A program made the position numbers and the translations under genes. The notes under the pieces were generated by a model that was not told the origin of the DNA, did no database searches, and was given only the letters and a program-made list of their open reading frames with translations. DNA of 64,000 nt from an uncultured Phycisphaeraceae bacterium (GTDB lineage: Bacteria; Planctomycetota; Phycisphaerae; Phycisphaerales; UBA1924), in the NCBI GenBank assembly GCA_964638515.1, contig CAZWZL010000005.1:8809-72808 (forward strand). Reading direction: 5' to 3'. Below, piece by piece: positions 29,009-39,542 of this stretch. Each line of letters starts with the position of its first letter. Within the stretch, counting starts at the first letter, position 1.

Positions 29009-30620
29009 CGCGCACGACGACCAGCGTCGTGTCGTCGGTCCGTCGGTTCAGGCCCACAAACCGCCGATTCTCCCAGACGATGTGATCGGCCACGCGCTCG
29101 GCGCTGGGATCGGCCTCCAGACGCAACGATTCCTCGAGGGCTCGCCGGACCCGAGCTTTGCCGTACTTCTCACCGTCGAAGTTCATGCTGTCGCTCAGCC
29201 CGTCGGTGTACGCGAGCAGCGTGTCGCCGGGGCGCAGGTCGACGATGCCCCGGTCGTACGTCTGGCTCGCGTCCACGCCGACCACCATCCCGCCGACGCT
29301 GAGCTCGGAAACGTCCCACTGCCCCGAGCGCCCCGGGCGCGCCAGGAGCGGTGACTCGTGCCCCGCGTTGCAGTAGGTCAGGCGAAGCGTGTCCGGGTTG
29401 ACGACACCGTAAAACAACGTGGCGAACTCATTGTCCAACGTGTCGCGCACGAGCGCCTGATTCACGCGGGCCACGGCCTCGTTGAGGTCGTACACGTCCT
29501 GCGCGTAGGCCCGGAGAAACGCCCGCACGGCAGACATGAGCAGCGCCGCGGCGACGCCCTTGCCGACGACGTCTCCCACCACGAGCCCGACGTGACCTCC
29601 GAGCTCGATGAAGTCGTAAAAATCGCCCGAGAGATCGAATGAAGGGATGGCGCGCGCCGCGATCTGGAGTCTCCCGGCGCGCGGCGCGGAACGAGGGAGC
29701 ATCCGGCGCTGCACCTCGGCCGCCAGTCGAACCTGCCGTTGCACCACAAGGTGCTCGCGCTCCGTTTCGAGAAGGCGCGAGCTTGCGAGCGCGGCCGCGC
29801 TCTGCTCGGCAATGGCCTTGAAAAGCCCGCGCTCGCCCGCCGTGTACTTGCGGGGCCTGTGCGTGAACAGCCGCATGACTCCCAGCGGCTTTCCGCCGAA
29901 GACCATCCCGGCGCTGATCATGCTGGCGAGTCCCTCGCGGATTCGAAGGTCTGTTTGCGGCGCGTCACGATCGCGCAGCAGATCCTCAACCACGACCACC
30001 TCGCCGCGCAACGCCGATACGTCGGGAACGTCTCCCACGCCCACGGTGGATGCTTGGGAGACGTAATCGCGGCTCAGCCCACACCAGGCTCGAAGGGTGA
30101 GTCGCTGACCGCTGTCATCAAGCACGCGGAGCGCGCCGGCGTCCGCGCCGAGCATCTCGGCCGCGGAGCGGATCGCCACATCGAGAAGCGCATTGGTGTC
30201 TGAGGCGCCGACCAGCAGGCCCGAGAGCCGGCGCAGCACTTCGAGTTCCTCGACGCGATGCCGCAGTTGCAGCTCGCGCTCGCACACCTCGCTCACGATC
30301 GACGCGAGAAGCGTGAGGAATCGCTCCACGCCCGCTCGATCGGGCGCCGGCGAAGCCTCACCCGGAATGGCGAGCGTGCCCAGGAGCCCGGTTGAAAGAG
30401 CCAGCGGCACGGCGAACGCATCACCTTCGTCCAGCACCGCGACGCCGCCGTCGCCTTCCAGCGCCCACGGCTCACCCTGGGCCGAGCGACTGACGATCAC
30501 CCGTCCGCTCGGATCACGCAGTCGCACGGGTGTGCCCGTGACGCCGCTGACGGAATCGCAGAGCGCGGCCAGCGAGCCGTCGGTAAGAAAATCGGTGATT
30601 GACAGTCGCGTTTCGCTCAT
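29001..30620 (-). CDS. GAF-domain-containing PP2C/SpoIIE-family serine phosphatase
   Basis: 539 aa. The N-terminal half looks like two GAF-like modules. The C-terminus has SGDFYDF, VVGDVVGKGVAAALLMS, TLFYGVVNP, YCNAGHESPLL and LLAYTDGLSD. Confidence 0.85.
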   Translation of the reverse strand: MSETRLSITDFLTDGSLAALCDSVSGVTGTPVRLRDPSGRVIVSRSAQGEPWALEGDGGVAVLDEGDAFAVPLALSTGLLGTLAIPGEASPAPDRAGVERFLTLLASIVSEVCERELQLRHRVEELEVLRRLSGLLVGASDTNALLDVAIRSAAEMLGADAGALRVLDDSGQRLTLRAWCGLSRDYVSQASTVGVGDVPDVSALRGEVVVVEDLLRDRDAPQTDLRIREGLASMISAGMVFGGKPLGVMRLFTHRPRKYTAGERGLFKAIAEQSAAALASSRLLETEREHLVVQRQVRLAAEVQRRMLPRSAPRAGRLQIAARAIPSFDLSGDFYDFIELGGHVGLVVGDVVGKGVAAALLMSAVRAFLRAYAQDVYDLNEAVARVNQALVRDTLDNEFATLFYGVVNPDTLRLTYCNAGHESPLLARPGRSGQWDVSELSVGGMVVGVDASQTYDRGIVDLRPGDTLLAYTDGLSDSMNFDGEKYGKARVRRALEESLRLEADPSAERVADHIVWENRRFVGLNRRTDDTTLVVVRVT

Positions 30621-30663
30621 CCCGGCCGGTCCGCATCAACGAGGACGAGCGCCCACAGGCCCA

Positions 30664-32316
30664 TCACTCGGTCCACACCGCCTCCAGCATGTCATGCAGC
30701 GGGTCGCGCTCGAGATCGAGGTAGCCCTCCACGCGCCTGATCGCATCGAATCCCGCGTTGACATCCTCCGGCGTTGACGACTGCCAGCCGAGGTACGCGA
30801 GCAGCAACGCGCAGTCTCGACCAAACGCGTCATTGCGTTCGACGGCGTTGGCTCGCAGCGTCGCCTTCACAGTTTCCAGGCGATCGGCCCGCGGCAGGAG
30901 GTCGGCCTCGAATCGCGCCACCGCGAGTTCCGGGTGCCCGCGCAGGGTGTCGCGAAGGTTGACGGCGGCCGAGAGGAACATCCCGGCGCCGATCTGAGCG
31001 TGTGCGCGTCCGATCTGCGCGATCGGGTCGCCGGGGCGATATCGCAGGGAGCCCGTGAACGATTCCTCGGCGTCAAACCACCGGGCCTCTTCGAGGGCCT
31101 TCTCGCCGGCGGCGAGATTGCGTTCGTAGCCCGTTGGATCGGCCTCGGGATCGAGGAACGTCGGCACCACGGGGCGCCGATCGCCGAACACTTCCTTGGT
31201 GAACGCTCGGATGTTCCCGGCTTCGAGCGTTGCCGCGCGTTCCGATCGCTTGTCGTCAGCTTCCTGTGCCTCCGTCTTGCGCTCGGCTTTCGCCCACGCT
31301 TCGTTCGTCGTGGGCATGAGCCGGTCGCGCAGCAGGCTGAGCTTGTCGTTGAACGGGTCCGCCGAAGGCTTGTCACGCTTGTCCAGCTGCTCGCTGTCGC
31401 CGGCGGGCGTTCCGTCGGCGGGCTTTTCGCTGGTTGGCTTGGCGACGCCCTCGGGCGCATCGGCGAGCGATTGCATCAGCTGCTTGTACGCGTCGTTCGG
31501 CTCCATTCGAGTCTGCAACGGCGCGGGTTCGAACGGCTCGGAAATCCGACCGCTCACCGGGTCGGCGGAGAGCCGATTGTTCTGACGACCTGAGGATGCG
31601 CCCGATTCGCTCGCCGTCTCCTGGAACCGATCGCGCAGCGCGGGCTCTTCGAAGACGCCACGCAGCGCCGACGCGCCCGCGCTCACCTGCTCTCCAGATC
31701 GTTTGGTGATATCGAACCGTTGTGCCTCGGACGCTTCGCTCGTGACGAAACCGCTGGTTGATCGCAGCGAGCCCGTGCGGGAAAGCACGCCGTGCGGTGT
31801 TTGTCTGAAGGGATCCACCGACATCCGAGAGACGTCTCCCGCGGCCATCCCGGCGAGCTGCCCCGCGGAGACACCGGAGCCGGCTCGCGACAACACCGAG
31901 GAGCTCCCGCCGACTGTGCCGCCCATTTGTTGCTGCAGCGCGCCGACCCCGCGGTACGGCGAGCCGGCGTACGGGCTGCCGATCGACGTTCCGCCGGAGC
32001 CTCTGAAGGCATCCGCAACGAAGTGGTACGTCGAATTCGAGCCGAGCGCCCCTCGGAAGTCGTTGGCCGCGGTGTATCCCACGGAGCCGCGGAATCCCTT
32101 TCCGCTGCCGGTGTCGCCGGTGACGATGGCCTGCCTCAGGCGGAACTCCTCCTGGTAGTTCCGCACGGGCGCGTTGATGCCCCGCCCGCCACGCTCGAGA
32201 TTGCGGTCGAGCGAGTTGCCCGAGCCGAGAGCGTTCTGCGCCTGCGCCGGCGCCCCCCAAGCCATCACTCCCGCCGCGATTCCAACCCACGTCGTGATCC
32301 GTCGAGCGCTGCGCAT
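30664..32316 (-). CDS. Secreted hypothetical protein: Gly/Ser-rich N-terminal half, helical TPR-like C-terminal part
   Basis: 550 aa. Signal peptide MRSARRITTWVGIAAGVMAWGAPAQAQ. No recognisable catalytic motif. Ends 43 nt upstream of the phosphatase gene. Confidence 0.6.
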   Translation of the reverse strand: MRSARRITTWVGIAAGVMAWGAPAQAQNALGSGNSLDRNLERGGRGINAPVRNYQEEFRLRQAIVTGDTGSGKGFRGSVGYTAANDFRGALGSNSTYHFVADAFRGSGGTSIGSPYAGSPYRGVGALQQQMGGTVGGSSSVLSRAGSGVSAGQLAGMAAGDVSRMSVDPFRQTPHGVLSRTGSLRSTSGFVTSEASEAQRFDITKRSGEQVSAGASALRGVFEEPALRDRFQETASESGASSGRQNNRLSADPVSGRISEPFEPAPLQTRMEPNDAYKQLMQSLADAPEGVAKPTSEKPADGTPAGDSEQLDKRDKPSADPFNDKLSLLRDRLMPTTNEAWAKAERKTEAQEADDKRSERAATLEAGNIRAFTKEVFGDRRPVVPTFLDPEADPTGYERNLAAGEKALEEARWFDAEESFTGSLRYRPGDPIAQIGRAHAQIGAGMFLSAAVNLRDTLRGHPELAVARFEADLLPRADRLETVKATLRANAVERNDAFGRDCALLLAYLGWQSSTPEDVNAGFDAIRRVEGYLDLERDPLHDMLEAVWTE

Positions 32317-32388
32317 TTGAAGTCCTCCTAGCCGAGTCCGGGGCGTTCGGGCCGATTCTAGACACCGTCCTTCCGGAATCCTCCCGTG

Positions 32389-33627
32389 TCAGGGCGCCTT
32401 CGATCGCGTCATCGACCGGATCGGAGCCTCGAGCCACACGGTCGTGCCCTCTTTCCACACCGATGTTAGTCCGACCGCGCCCCCCATCGCGCGCATGGCG
32501 TGCCGGACGATCGCCAGCCCGAGCCCCGTTCCGCGGGCTCGCCCTCCGCTCCTCGCAGGATCGACCTGATAGAACCGCTCGAAGACCCTCGGTTGGTGCG
32601 CAAGCGGGATCCCCGCGCCTCGATCGCGGATTTCGAACCGCCATCGAAGCTCGTCGGCGGAGCCGGAGACCACGATCTCCGTGCCCTCGTACGCGAATCG
32701 GACGGCGTTCTCGATCAGGTTGCGAAGCGCCAGCGTCAACAGGCGCGGATCGATCATCACGCCGTTCAGACTCTCGCTCCAGTCGAATCGCAGCGTGAGA
32801 CCTCGAGCCTTGCAGGGCGGCTCAAACTCCGATCGCAGCGCCTGTTCCAGCATCGCGGCGCGGAGCGGTTCGGGGCGCACGGTCATCTCCGGGCTCTCGA
32901 CGCTCGCCAGATCGAGAAGGTCGTGCACGAGAGCCTCCAGCCGCTCCACCTGGCCCAGCAGCATCCGATGCAGCCGGGAGGCGGTCGCTTTATCCGGCGC
33001 GGCGCCTTGCTCGAGTGTTTCAAGCCCCGCGCGCAGCGCGGCGATGGGGGTTCGCAGCTCGTGCGACGCGTTGGCGACGAACTCCGTGCGGACGCGCGAT
33101 GTCTCTGCGGATTCCGTGACATCGCGCAGGGTCAGCAACGCGAACTCATCGACAGTCCCCACCGAAGCTTCGATCCATCGCTCCTCGCTTCCCAGCCGCA
33201 TGCGAGCGGTCCACCGACGAGGCGTACAGGTCTTGTGCGCGCTCGCCAGATCGGTGCGGGTGAATACCTCATCAGCCCGTCGCCCCGCCAGCGGCCCGAC
33301 GCCGATGAAACTTGTGGCAGACGCATTGGCAATCGCGACGCGTCCGTCCCGCTGCAGAAGCAACGCCGGGTCCGGGAGCGCTTCCAGCATGAGCTGATAC
33401 CCCGACAAGGCATCCGTCGCCAACGGCGATTCGGGAGAGGCCGAGCGTGCGGGGTTTCCGGGACGATCTCGGTGTCTTCGCGTCAGGCCAAACCAGATTC
33501 CCAGCCCGAGCGACAAAGCGCTGGCCAACGCACCGACAGTCCTCCCCGAGCCGCCGGCCGCGGCTCCGATGGACCCCACGACGACGAAGGCTGCGACCCA
33601 CATGGCGCGTTTCGCTGCGAGGGTCAT
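32389..33627 (-). CDS. Sensor histidine kinase (PhoR-like: TM-PAS-HisKA-HATPase)
   Basis: Real part of track ORF 32389..33888, from ATG 33627, which overlaps the regulator stop (ATGA). [16 protein letters not shown] (H-box), NLIENAVRF (N-box), [16 protein letters not shown] (G-boxes). Confidence 0.9.
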   Translation of the reverse strand: MTLAAKRAMWVAAFVVVGSIGAAAGGSGRTVGALASALSLGLGIWFGLTRRHRDRPGNPARSASPESPLATDALSGYQLMLEALPDPALLLQRDGRVAIANASATSFIGVGPLAGRRADEVFTRTDLASAHKTCTPRRWTARMRLGSEERWIEASVGTVDEFALLTLRDVTESAETSRVRTEFVANASHELRTPIAALRAGLETLEQGAAPDKATASRLHRMLLGQVERLEALVHDLLDLASVESPEMTVRPEPLRAAMLEQALRSEFEPPCKARGLTLRFDWSESLNGVMIDPRLLTLALRNLIENAVRFAYEGTEIVVSGSADELRWRFEIRDRGAGIPLAHQPRVFERFYQVDPARSGGRARGTGLGLAIVRHAMRAMGGAVGLTSVWKEGTTVWLEAPIRSMTRSKAP

Positions 33628-34337
33628 GCGCCCTCCGCGCCGACCTCTGGGTCGGAGGTGGCGCGATACCCCACGCCCCTTACGGTGCGGATGAGCCCGG
33701 CGCTCGCGCCGAGTTTCCGGCGCAACGCGGCCATATGCACGTCGATGGCGCGATCTGTGACCGCAACACCCGGCCCCATGCCCTTCCGGACGAGTTCTTC
33801 GCGATGAAGCACACGTCCCGATGCTTCGATCAGGGCGACCAGCAATCGAAACTCCGTCGGCGTAAGGGCGAGCCGCTCGTCGCCGCACAGCACCTCATGC
33901 GAGTCGAGGCGCACTTCGATGTCGGCCAGCCGCAGAACGGATTGAGCGGGCGAACGCACGGGCGCGCGCCGTAGCGCGGCCTCCACTCGAGCGAGCAGCA
34001 CACGCACGGAGAACGGCTTGGTGATGTAGTCGTCCGCGCCCGCGGCCAAGCCCGAAACCTGATCGGACTCCCCCACGCGCGCCGTGAGGAGCAACACCGG
34101 GATTCTGGAACAAGCCGGGTCGGCCCGTATCCGACGGGCCACCTCAACACCGGACAGAAGAGGCATCATCACATCGAGGATCACCAGATCCGGCAATGAC
34201 GCTCGAACTGCCCCCAAAGCCTCCACCCCATCACGGGCGCAAATGACCCCGTATCCCGCTGATTCCAAGTTGATCGCCACCAGATCGAGGAGGTCTGGTT
34301 CGTCATCCGCAATCAGGATTCGTGCCTGTTGATTCAA
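33624..34337 (-). CDS. OmpR/PhoB-family response regulator (start uncertain)
   Basis: [15 protein letters not shown]...[10 protein letters not shown]...ADDYITKPF, plus the winged-helix LTPTEFRLL...VRGVGYR. The track extends to 34457, but those ~40 codons have poor G/C third-position bias. TTG 34337 gives a typical 237-aa protein. Confidence 0.85.
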   Translation of the reverse strand: MNQQARILIADDEPDLLDLVAINLESAGYGVICARDGVEALGAVRASLPDLVILDVMMPLLSGVEVARRIRADPACSRIPVLLLTARVGESDQVSGLAAGADDYITKPFSVRVLLARVEAALRRAPVRSPAQSVLRLADIEVRLDSHEVLCGDERLALTPTEFRLLVALIEASGRVLHREELVRKGMGPGVAVTDRAIDVHMAALRRKLGASAGLIRTVRGVGYRATSDPEVGAEGA

Positions 34338-34514
34338 GTTGTTGCCCGATCGGTGTTTATGACGCTCACACGCGCTGCGCCTGTCGGGAGAATAGTCGGA
34401 TTGAGCGGCCCCGACGGCCAAAATTGTTACGGTTGTGTTAGGATTCATCATGCACATTATCGGTGGATTCTGTCGTCGGAACCCCCCCTGAAGCCGACAA
34501 GGGATGATGTGAGT

Positions 34515-34542
34515 TTGCGTTTGCTATCCTCCTGTGTATAGT
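34515..34542 (+). promoter_or_regulatory. Sigma70-like promoter candidate for the porin gene
   Basis: TTGCGT (34515-20), 16-nt spacer, TATAGT (34537-42) in the lower-GC divergent intergenic region. It would give a ~180-nt GC-rich leader. Confidence 0.3.
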
Positions 34543-34728
34543 CCGCACTTGCATGAAGGGCCGGAGGCCCCGCTGGATCGGAGTCCGCAACGGGCGGCCC
34601 CCCAGCGCATCGTTGGAGCATAAACGCCGTCCGAGAGTGTGGCCGCGTCGGCCCATTCTGCGGAAAGACAAGGACGGTTGATCCCACTTACGGGCGTCGG
34701 TGGTGCGAGGTAGACGCCCAACTAGGAG

Positions 34729-36108
34729 ATGTCGCAGATGAGTCAGAAGAAGAGCATCGTGATGCTCGCTGGCGCTGCGCTCAGCCTTGGCGGCGTTGCG
34801 GTCGCCGAGCAGAGCGCCGCGTGGACTTCCCAGAACGCGGACGAGGTTCGCGCGATCGTCGCTGAGATGCTGGCGGACGCCAACACACGCTCCTCGCTGC
34901 TGCAGAGCGGCGGGACGGCTGGGCACGACGGAAAGCACTTCTTCCTCGCGTCTCAGGACGGGAATTTCCGTCTGAACGTGTCGGGGATGGTGCAGTTCCG
35001 TTACTACGCGAACTTCCGTGACGACCCCAACATGGGCGCCGTCGTTCCTCCCCCGGGAGGGTTCGTGGACGACTTCGACCCCGGGTTTGAGACCCGTCGC
35101 ACGAAGCTCGCGTTCTCCGGCCACATCTTCGAGCCGAACCTGTTCTACAAGGTTCAGGGCGCGTTCGATCGCGCGGGCGGCCCCCGCGGCGGCGGCACGT
35201 TCGGGCTCGAGGCCGCGTACGTCGGCTACAAGTGGGACAACGGCTTCTCGGCGAAGTGGGGTCAGTTCAAGCTCCCCTTCCTGAAGGAAGAGAGCATCTC
35301 CTCGGCCAAGCAGCTCACGGTTGACCGCTCGTTGACCAACGAAGTGTACAACCAGGACTGGAGCCAGGGCATCGAGCTGTCCTACACGGACGAGGCCTTC
35401 CGCGCGTTCTTCGCGTTCTCCGACGGCTTCGGCTCTCGGAACACGAGCTTCGGCGCCGACCCGGCCGACTACGCGTTGACGGCCCGTGCCGAGTTCATGT
35501 GGACCGGCGACTGGAAGCAGTACGAGGAGTTCACCTCGCAGCGCGGCTCTCCGTACTTCGGAGCGATCGGCGCCGCCGTGCACTTCGAAGACTCCCCCGA
35601 CGTCAAGGGCGCCGTGGCCGGCAACACCGAGTCGCTGCTCTACACGGTCGACCTCATGACCAAGGGCGACGGCTGGAACCTCTACGGCGCGTTCATCGGC
35701 TCGACCGCAAACGTGGCGGCAGCTGGTGCGCCCTCGTTCGACGATTTCGGTTTCGTCGTGCAGGGCGGCGTGTACCTCGCGGATGATTTCGAAATCTTCC
35801 TCCGCTGGGACGCCCTGCTCCCCGACGGTGATCGCACCAACGGCACGGGCGTCGCCCGCTCCGGCAACGACATGTTCAACACGGCCACGGGTGGTTTCAA
35901 CTACTACCTGCACGGCCACGCCGCGAAGTTCACGCTGGACATGCAGTGGAACCTCGACAACCCGAACGACACCGCGTTCACCTCCGGCTTCTCCGGCGGC
36001 ATTCCCGGTGGCGTGTTCGGAGTTCCGGGCGGAGGCATCGGCTTCCAGAACACCGGCGCCGAGGACAACCAGTTCGTGGTTCGCGCTCAGTTCCAGCTCC
36101 TGTTCTAA
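34729..36108 (+). CDS. Outer-membrane porin, phosphate-selective OprO/OprP-like family
   Basis: 459 aa. Signal peptide ...LGGVAVAEQ. Alternating beta-strand pattern (FRLNVSGMVQFRYY, KLAFSGHIF, GLEAAYVGYKW) and C-terminal VVRAQFQLLF ending in Phe. Divergent from the PhoR/PhoB-like pair. AGGAG placement favours ATG 34738. Confidence 0.75.
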   Translation: MSQMSQKKSIVMLAGAALSLGGVAVAEQSAAWTSQNADEVRAIVAEMLADANTRSSLLQSGGTAGHDGKHFFLASQDGNFRLNVSGMVQFRYYANFRDDPNMGAVVPPPGGFVDDFDPGFETRRTKLAFSGHIFEPNLFYKVQGAFDRAGGPRGGGTFGLEAAYVGYKWDNGFSAKWGQFKLPFLKEESISSAKQLTVDRSLTNEVYNQDWSQGIELSYTDEAFRAFFAFSDGFGSRNTSFGADPADYALTARAEFMWTGDWKQYEEFTSQRGSPYFGAIGAAVHFEDSPDVKGAVAGNTESLLYTVDLMTKGDGWNLYGAFIGSTANVAAAGAPSFDDFGFVVQGGVYLADDFEIFLRWDALLPDGDRTNGTGVARSGNDMFNTATGGFNYYLHGHAAKFTLDMQWNLDNPNDTAFTSGFSGGIPGGVFGVPGGGIGFQNTGAEDNQFVVRAQFQLLF

Positions 36109-36139
36109 GCTGGCCTGATCGATCCTGCGACAACTTCTG

Positions 36140-36175
36140 CCGGCCGGCCCCCACGGGTCGGCCGGTTTTCTTTTT
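36140..36175 (+). terminator. Rho-independent terminator of the porin gene
   Basis: CCGGCCGGCCC-CCAC-GGGTCGGCCGG (11-bp stem with one G-U pair, 4-nt loop), followed by TTTTCTTTTT. Confidence 0.85.
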
Positions 36176-36194
36176 GAGCCGATAGACTGACCGC

Positions 36195-36755
36195 GTGAAC
36201 AATTCCGATCCCGCCAATGCGCCCGCCCCGACCGAGCCCGCGTCGCCACCTACCGCCCCTCGCCTGCTTCACCCTTCGTCTGCGGCGCCGCAGATCGAGC
36301 CTCTTCAAAGGCTCGCCGAGTCTCGCACGCTGTTCTGGCAGAATGTCGTCCGCGAAATCCTGCTCACCTTTCCCTTGTTGGCGAACGAGCGCCCTGAAGT
36401 GGCTGACGGTCGCATCGCGATCCTCACGCACGCCGGTGAACGCATCCCGCTGGCCGCGGTCGAGCCCCTGTTCCCGTGCTCCATCGCCTCCCCCCACGCC
36501 ATGCAGCTCTGCCTGGCCGTCCAGGCCACCGTGTACAACGTTCGGACCCCGACGGGCGAGGTCTTCACCATCCCACTGCACGAGATTCGCGCCATCCACT
36601 CGCTCACCGACGAACTCATGAGGGAGCTGGAGGATGAGGCCCGCCGGCTCAACACCGGCGCCGACGGCGCCGAGCCCTTCGGATTCGCCGCCTACACCTC
36701 ACTGGCCCGCCAGCAATCCGCCGAATCCCGCGGCCCCGATTCGAACAACTCCTAG
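36195..36755 (+). CDS. Hypothetical protein (Pro/Ala-rich N-terminus)
   Basis: 186-aa ORF with a GTG start and reasonable G/C third-position bias. No motif recognised. Confidence 0.45.
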   Translation: MNNSDPANAPAPTEPASPPTAPRLLHPSSAAPQIEPLQRLAESRTLFWQNVVREILLTFPLLANERPEVADGRIAILTHAGERIPLAAVEPLFPCSIASPHAMQLCLAVQATVYNVRTPTGEVFTIPLHEIRAIHSLTDELMRELEDEARRLNTGADGAEPFGFAAYTSLARQQSAESRGPDSNNS

Positions 36756-37459
36756 CCCCGTCGCCTGCCCACCAACAATCCCTCACGGATCGGGATCATC
36801 GCTGTCTCAAAGCGGGCATCCCCGGCCATGATCCGGCAGAGCCTGTCCGCCGCGCGACGAGAAGATTCCGCCTCTTCGCGCCGAGGCCCGGACAAGTCAC
36901 CGTCGACCGCGTCCACCCACCAGTTTCCAGAGCCGAGCGTGTTGTCCGCAACGATCAGCCCGCCCGGACGGACCGACTCTGCCACGGCCTCGAAGTATTC
37001 GGGATACTCCGTCTTCACAGCGTCCAAGAACACAAAGTCCACCCCATCGACGCAGGATTCCCGCAGCACACGAGGCAGCTCGTCGAGCGCCAGCCCCCGT
37101 CGTACCTCCACTCGCTCCCCAACGCCGGCTTCAACGAACATCCGTTGCGCGAACGCGGCGTGCCTCGGATCCAACTCGATCGTGATGAGTCTCCCGCCAG
37201 CGTCCAGCGCACGAGCGATCCAAATCCCGGAGTAACCGCCCAGCGTTCCCACCTCGATCGCCGTCCTCGCGCCCCGCCCTCCGTTGGTCATGGCGCACAG
37301 CAACGACAGCACCCGCCCCGTGCCCGCGTCCACGGCGATCGCCGGCAGGCCTTCGCCGACGGCGCGCTTCATGAGGCCGGCAAGCGCCTCGTCTTCGTGG
37401 CCGAACACTCCGTTGATGTACGCGCTCGTCGCTTCCCACCGCCGAGGAGTCATCTCCAA
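36752..37459 (-). CDS. Class-I SAM-dependent O-methyltransferase (caffeoyl-CoA OMT-like)
   Basis: 235 aa. IEVGTLGGYSGIWIARAL (SAM motif I), ITIELDPRHA, VDFVFLDAVKTEYPEYF, GGLIVADNTL. Starts 3 nt after the acs stop. Confidence 0.85.
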   Translation of the reverse strand: MEMTPRRWEATSAYINGVFGHEDEALAGLMKRAVGEGLPAIAVDAGTGRVLSLLCAMTNGGRGARTAIEVGTLGGYSGIWIARALDAGGRLITIELDPRHAAFAQRMFVEAGVGERVEVRRGLALDELPRVLRESCVDGVDFVFLDAVKTEYPEYFEAVAESVRPGGLIVADNTLGSGNWWVDAVDGDLSGPRREEAESSRRAADRLCRIMAGDARFETAMIPIREGLLVGRRRG

Positions 37460-37462
37460 ACC

Positions 37463-39493
37463 TCAGCCCTCCTCGCTCTCGCGAAGCTTCGCCAGCACGC
37501 CGTAATCCTCCAGCGTCGTCGTGTCTCCCACCTGCTCCTTTCCCTCGGCGATGGCTCGCAGCAGCCGGCGCATGATCTTCCCGCTGCGCGTCTTGGGCAA
37601 TGCCGCTGAGAACCGCACCATGTCGGGCCTGGCGATCGCTCCGATCTCGTTCGCGACGTGCGCCCGAAGAGCCTCGCGCAGCGCCTCATCGGCCCCGCCC
37701 TGGTGGGCCTCCTTGAGTGTGACAAACGCTGCGATTCCCGTGCCCTTGATGTCGTGCGCGATCCCCACGACCGCGGCCTCCGCCACAGCGGGGTGGCTCA
37801 CCAGCGCGCTCTCCACCTCCATCGTGCCGAGCCGATGGCCGGCCACATTGATCACGTCGTCCACACGACCCATGACCCAGAAATACCCATCGGCGTCGCG
37901 CCGAGCCCCGTCTCCGGCGAAGTAGAACGGCTCGCCCTTCGCGTTCTTCACGCGCGACCAATACGTGTCGAGATACCGCTGGCGATCGTTCAGAATCCCG
38001 CGCAGCATTCCAGGCCAAGGCTTGCGCACGACGAGCAGACCCCCCTCGTTTGCGCCGGTCTCGATGCCCTGTTCGTTGACCACCGCGGCATCCACGCCCG
38101 GGAACGGAAGCGTGCAGCTTCCGGGCTTCGTGGGCGTGGCTCCGGGCAGCGGCGTGATCATGTGGCCGCCCGTTTCGGTCTGCCACCAAGTGTCAACGAT
38201 CGGACACCGGCCGCCCCCGATCGCCTGCTGATACCACATCCAAGCCTCGGGATTGATGGGCTCACCTACCGTTCCGAGCACTCGCAAGGACTGCATGTCG
38301 TGCTTGCGGGGATGCTCGTCCCCCCACTTCATGAACGCTCGGATCGCGGTCGGCGCGGTGTAGAACTGCGTCACCTTGTGGCGCGCGATGATCTCCCAGA
38401 AGCGATCACGTGCGGGCCAATCCGGAGCGCCCTCGTACATCACGCTCGGCACACGATTGGGCAGCACGCCGTACACCACGTACGAATGCCCCGTGACCCA
38501 TCCACAATCCGCGGTGCACCAGAACACTTCCCGGTCAGAGCCGTGCAGATCGAAGACCCATTTCGAAGTGAGGTACGCCCAAACCATGTAGCCCCCGGTC
38601 GCGTGCATGATTCCCTTGGGCTTGCCGGTCGTGCCCGACGTGTAGAGCACGAACAGCAGGTCATCGCTGCTCAACGGCTCGCACGCGCATTCATCGGATG
38701 CGCTCCCCACGACATCATGCCACCAATGGTCGCGCTTGCCGCCATGGTCGCTCGACGGCTCGCCGTGCCAGGACGTTTCGTTGCCGCACCTCCTGAGCAC
38801 GACGACGTGCTCCACGCCCGCCGACTGCGCACACGCCGCATCGACGTTGTCCTTGAGGGGAACGACCTTGCCTCGCCGCCATCCGCCGTCGGCCGTGAGA
38901 ATCACTCGGCTCGTGCTGTCATGCACACGATCCGCGATCGCGGAGGCCGAAAACCCTCCGAAGATCACCGAGTGCGCCGCCCCGATCCGAGCGCAGGCGA
39001 GCATGGCGATCGCCAGCTCCGGGACCATCGGCATGTAGATCGTGACGATCTCGCCCTTCTTCACACCGAGCGCGCGAAGCGCGTTCGCCACACGCGACGT
39101 CTCGCGCTTGAGGTCGAGGTAGGTCAGCCGTCGGATCTCCGGGCCGCGCTCCCCGTTCGGCTCTCCTTCCCAGATGATCGCCGTGCGATCCCCATGCCCC
39201 GCCTCCACCTGCCGATCCACACAGTTGAAGCACAGGTTGGTCGTTCCGCCCACGAACCAGCGCGCGTCGTACGGCGCGGCTGGGTTCATTTCCAGCGTGT
39301 TCGACCACGGCGTGAACCAATGCAGCTCTCGCGCGATCTCGCCGAAGAATTCTCCCGGCCGGCTCAGCGATCGCTCGTGAAGCCGGCGGTAGTCACCCAA
39401 CGAGCCGACATGGGCCCGCTTGGAGAACCCGCCCTCGGGCGCAAAGCGACGGTCTTCCCGCAACAGCGACTCGATGGCTCCATGCTCGCTCAT
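37463..39493 (-). CDS. acs: Acetyl-CoA synthetase (AMP-forming)
   Basis: Real part of track ORF 37463..39829, from ATG 39493 (SD GGAGG): [17 protein letters not shown]..., [29 protein letters not shown]. 676 aa. Confidence 0.95.
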   Translation of the reverse strand: MSEHGAIESLLREDRRFAPEGGFSKRAHVGSLGDYRRLHERSLSRPGEFFGEIARELHWFTPWSNTLEMNPAAPYDARWFVGGTTNLCFNCVDRQVEAGHGDRTAIIWEGEPNGERGPEIRRLTYLDLKRETSRVANALRALGVKKGEIVTIYMPMVPELAIAMLACARIGAAHSVIFGGFSASAIADRVHDSTSRVILTADGGWRRGKVVPLKDNVDAACAQSAGVEHVVVLRRCGNETSWHGEPSSDHGGKRDHWWHDVVGSASDECACEPLSSDDLLFVLYTSGTTGKPKGIMHATGGYMVWAYLTSKWVFDLHGSDREVFWCTADCGWVTGHSYVVYGVLPNRVPSVMYEGAPDWPARDRFWEIIARHKVTQFYTAPTAIRAFMKWGDEHPRKHDMQSLRVLGTVGEPINPEAWMWYQQAIGGGRCPIVDTWWQTETGGHMITPLPGATPTKPGSCTLPFPGVDAAVVNEQGIETGANEGGLLVVRKPWPGMLRGILNDRQRYLDTYWSRVKNAKGEPFYFAGDGARRDADGYFWVMGRVDDVINVAGHRLGTMEVESALVSHPAVAEAAVVGIAHDIKGTGIAAFVTLKEAHQGGADEALREALRAHVANEIGAIARPDMVRFSAALPKTRSGKIMRRLLRAIAEGKEQVGDTTTLEDYGVLAKLRESEEG

Positions 39494-39542
39494 GCCGGCG
39501 CCTCCTTCCGCACCCCTGACGCCAGCATACCCTCGACCCCCA

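Noticed and set aside
29000-29009. Perfect palindrome GTCACGTGAC at the junction of the antiporter and phosphatase genes
   Set aside because: It is simply the two convergent TGA stop codons overlapping in an 8-nt gene overlap. There is no flanking stem or T-run to suggest a terminator or operator.
34438-36249. 603-aa minus-strand ORF
   Set aside because: It is antisense to the porin gene and runs across an intrinsic terminator and an intergenic region. The composition is Arg/Gly/Val-rich junk, and the plus-strand porin has a signal peptide and a C-terminal Phe.
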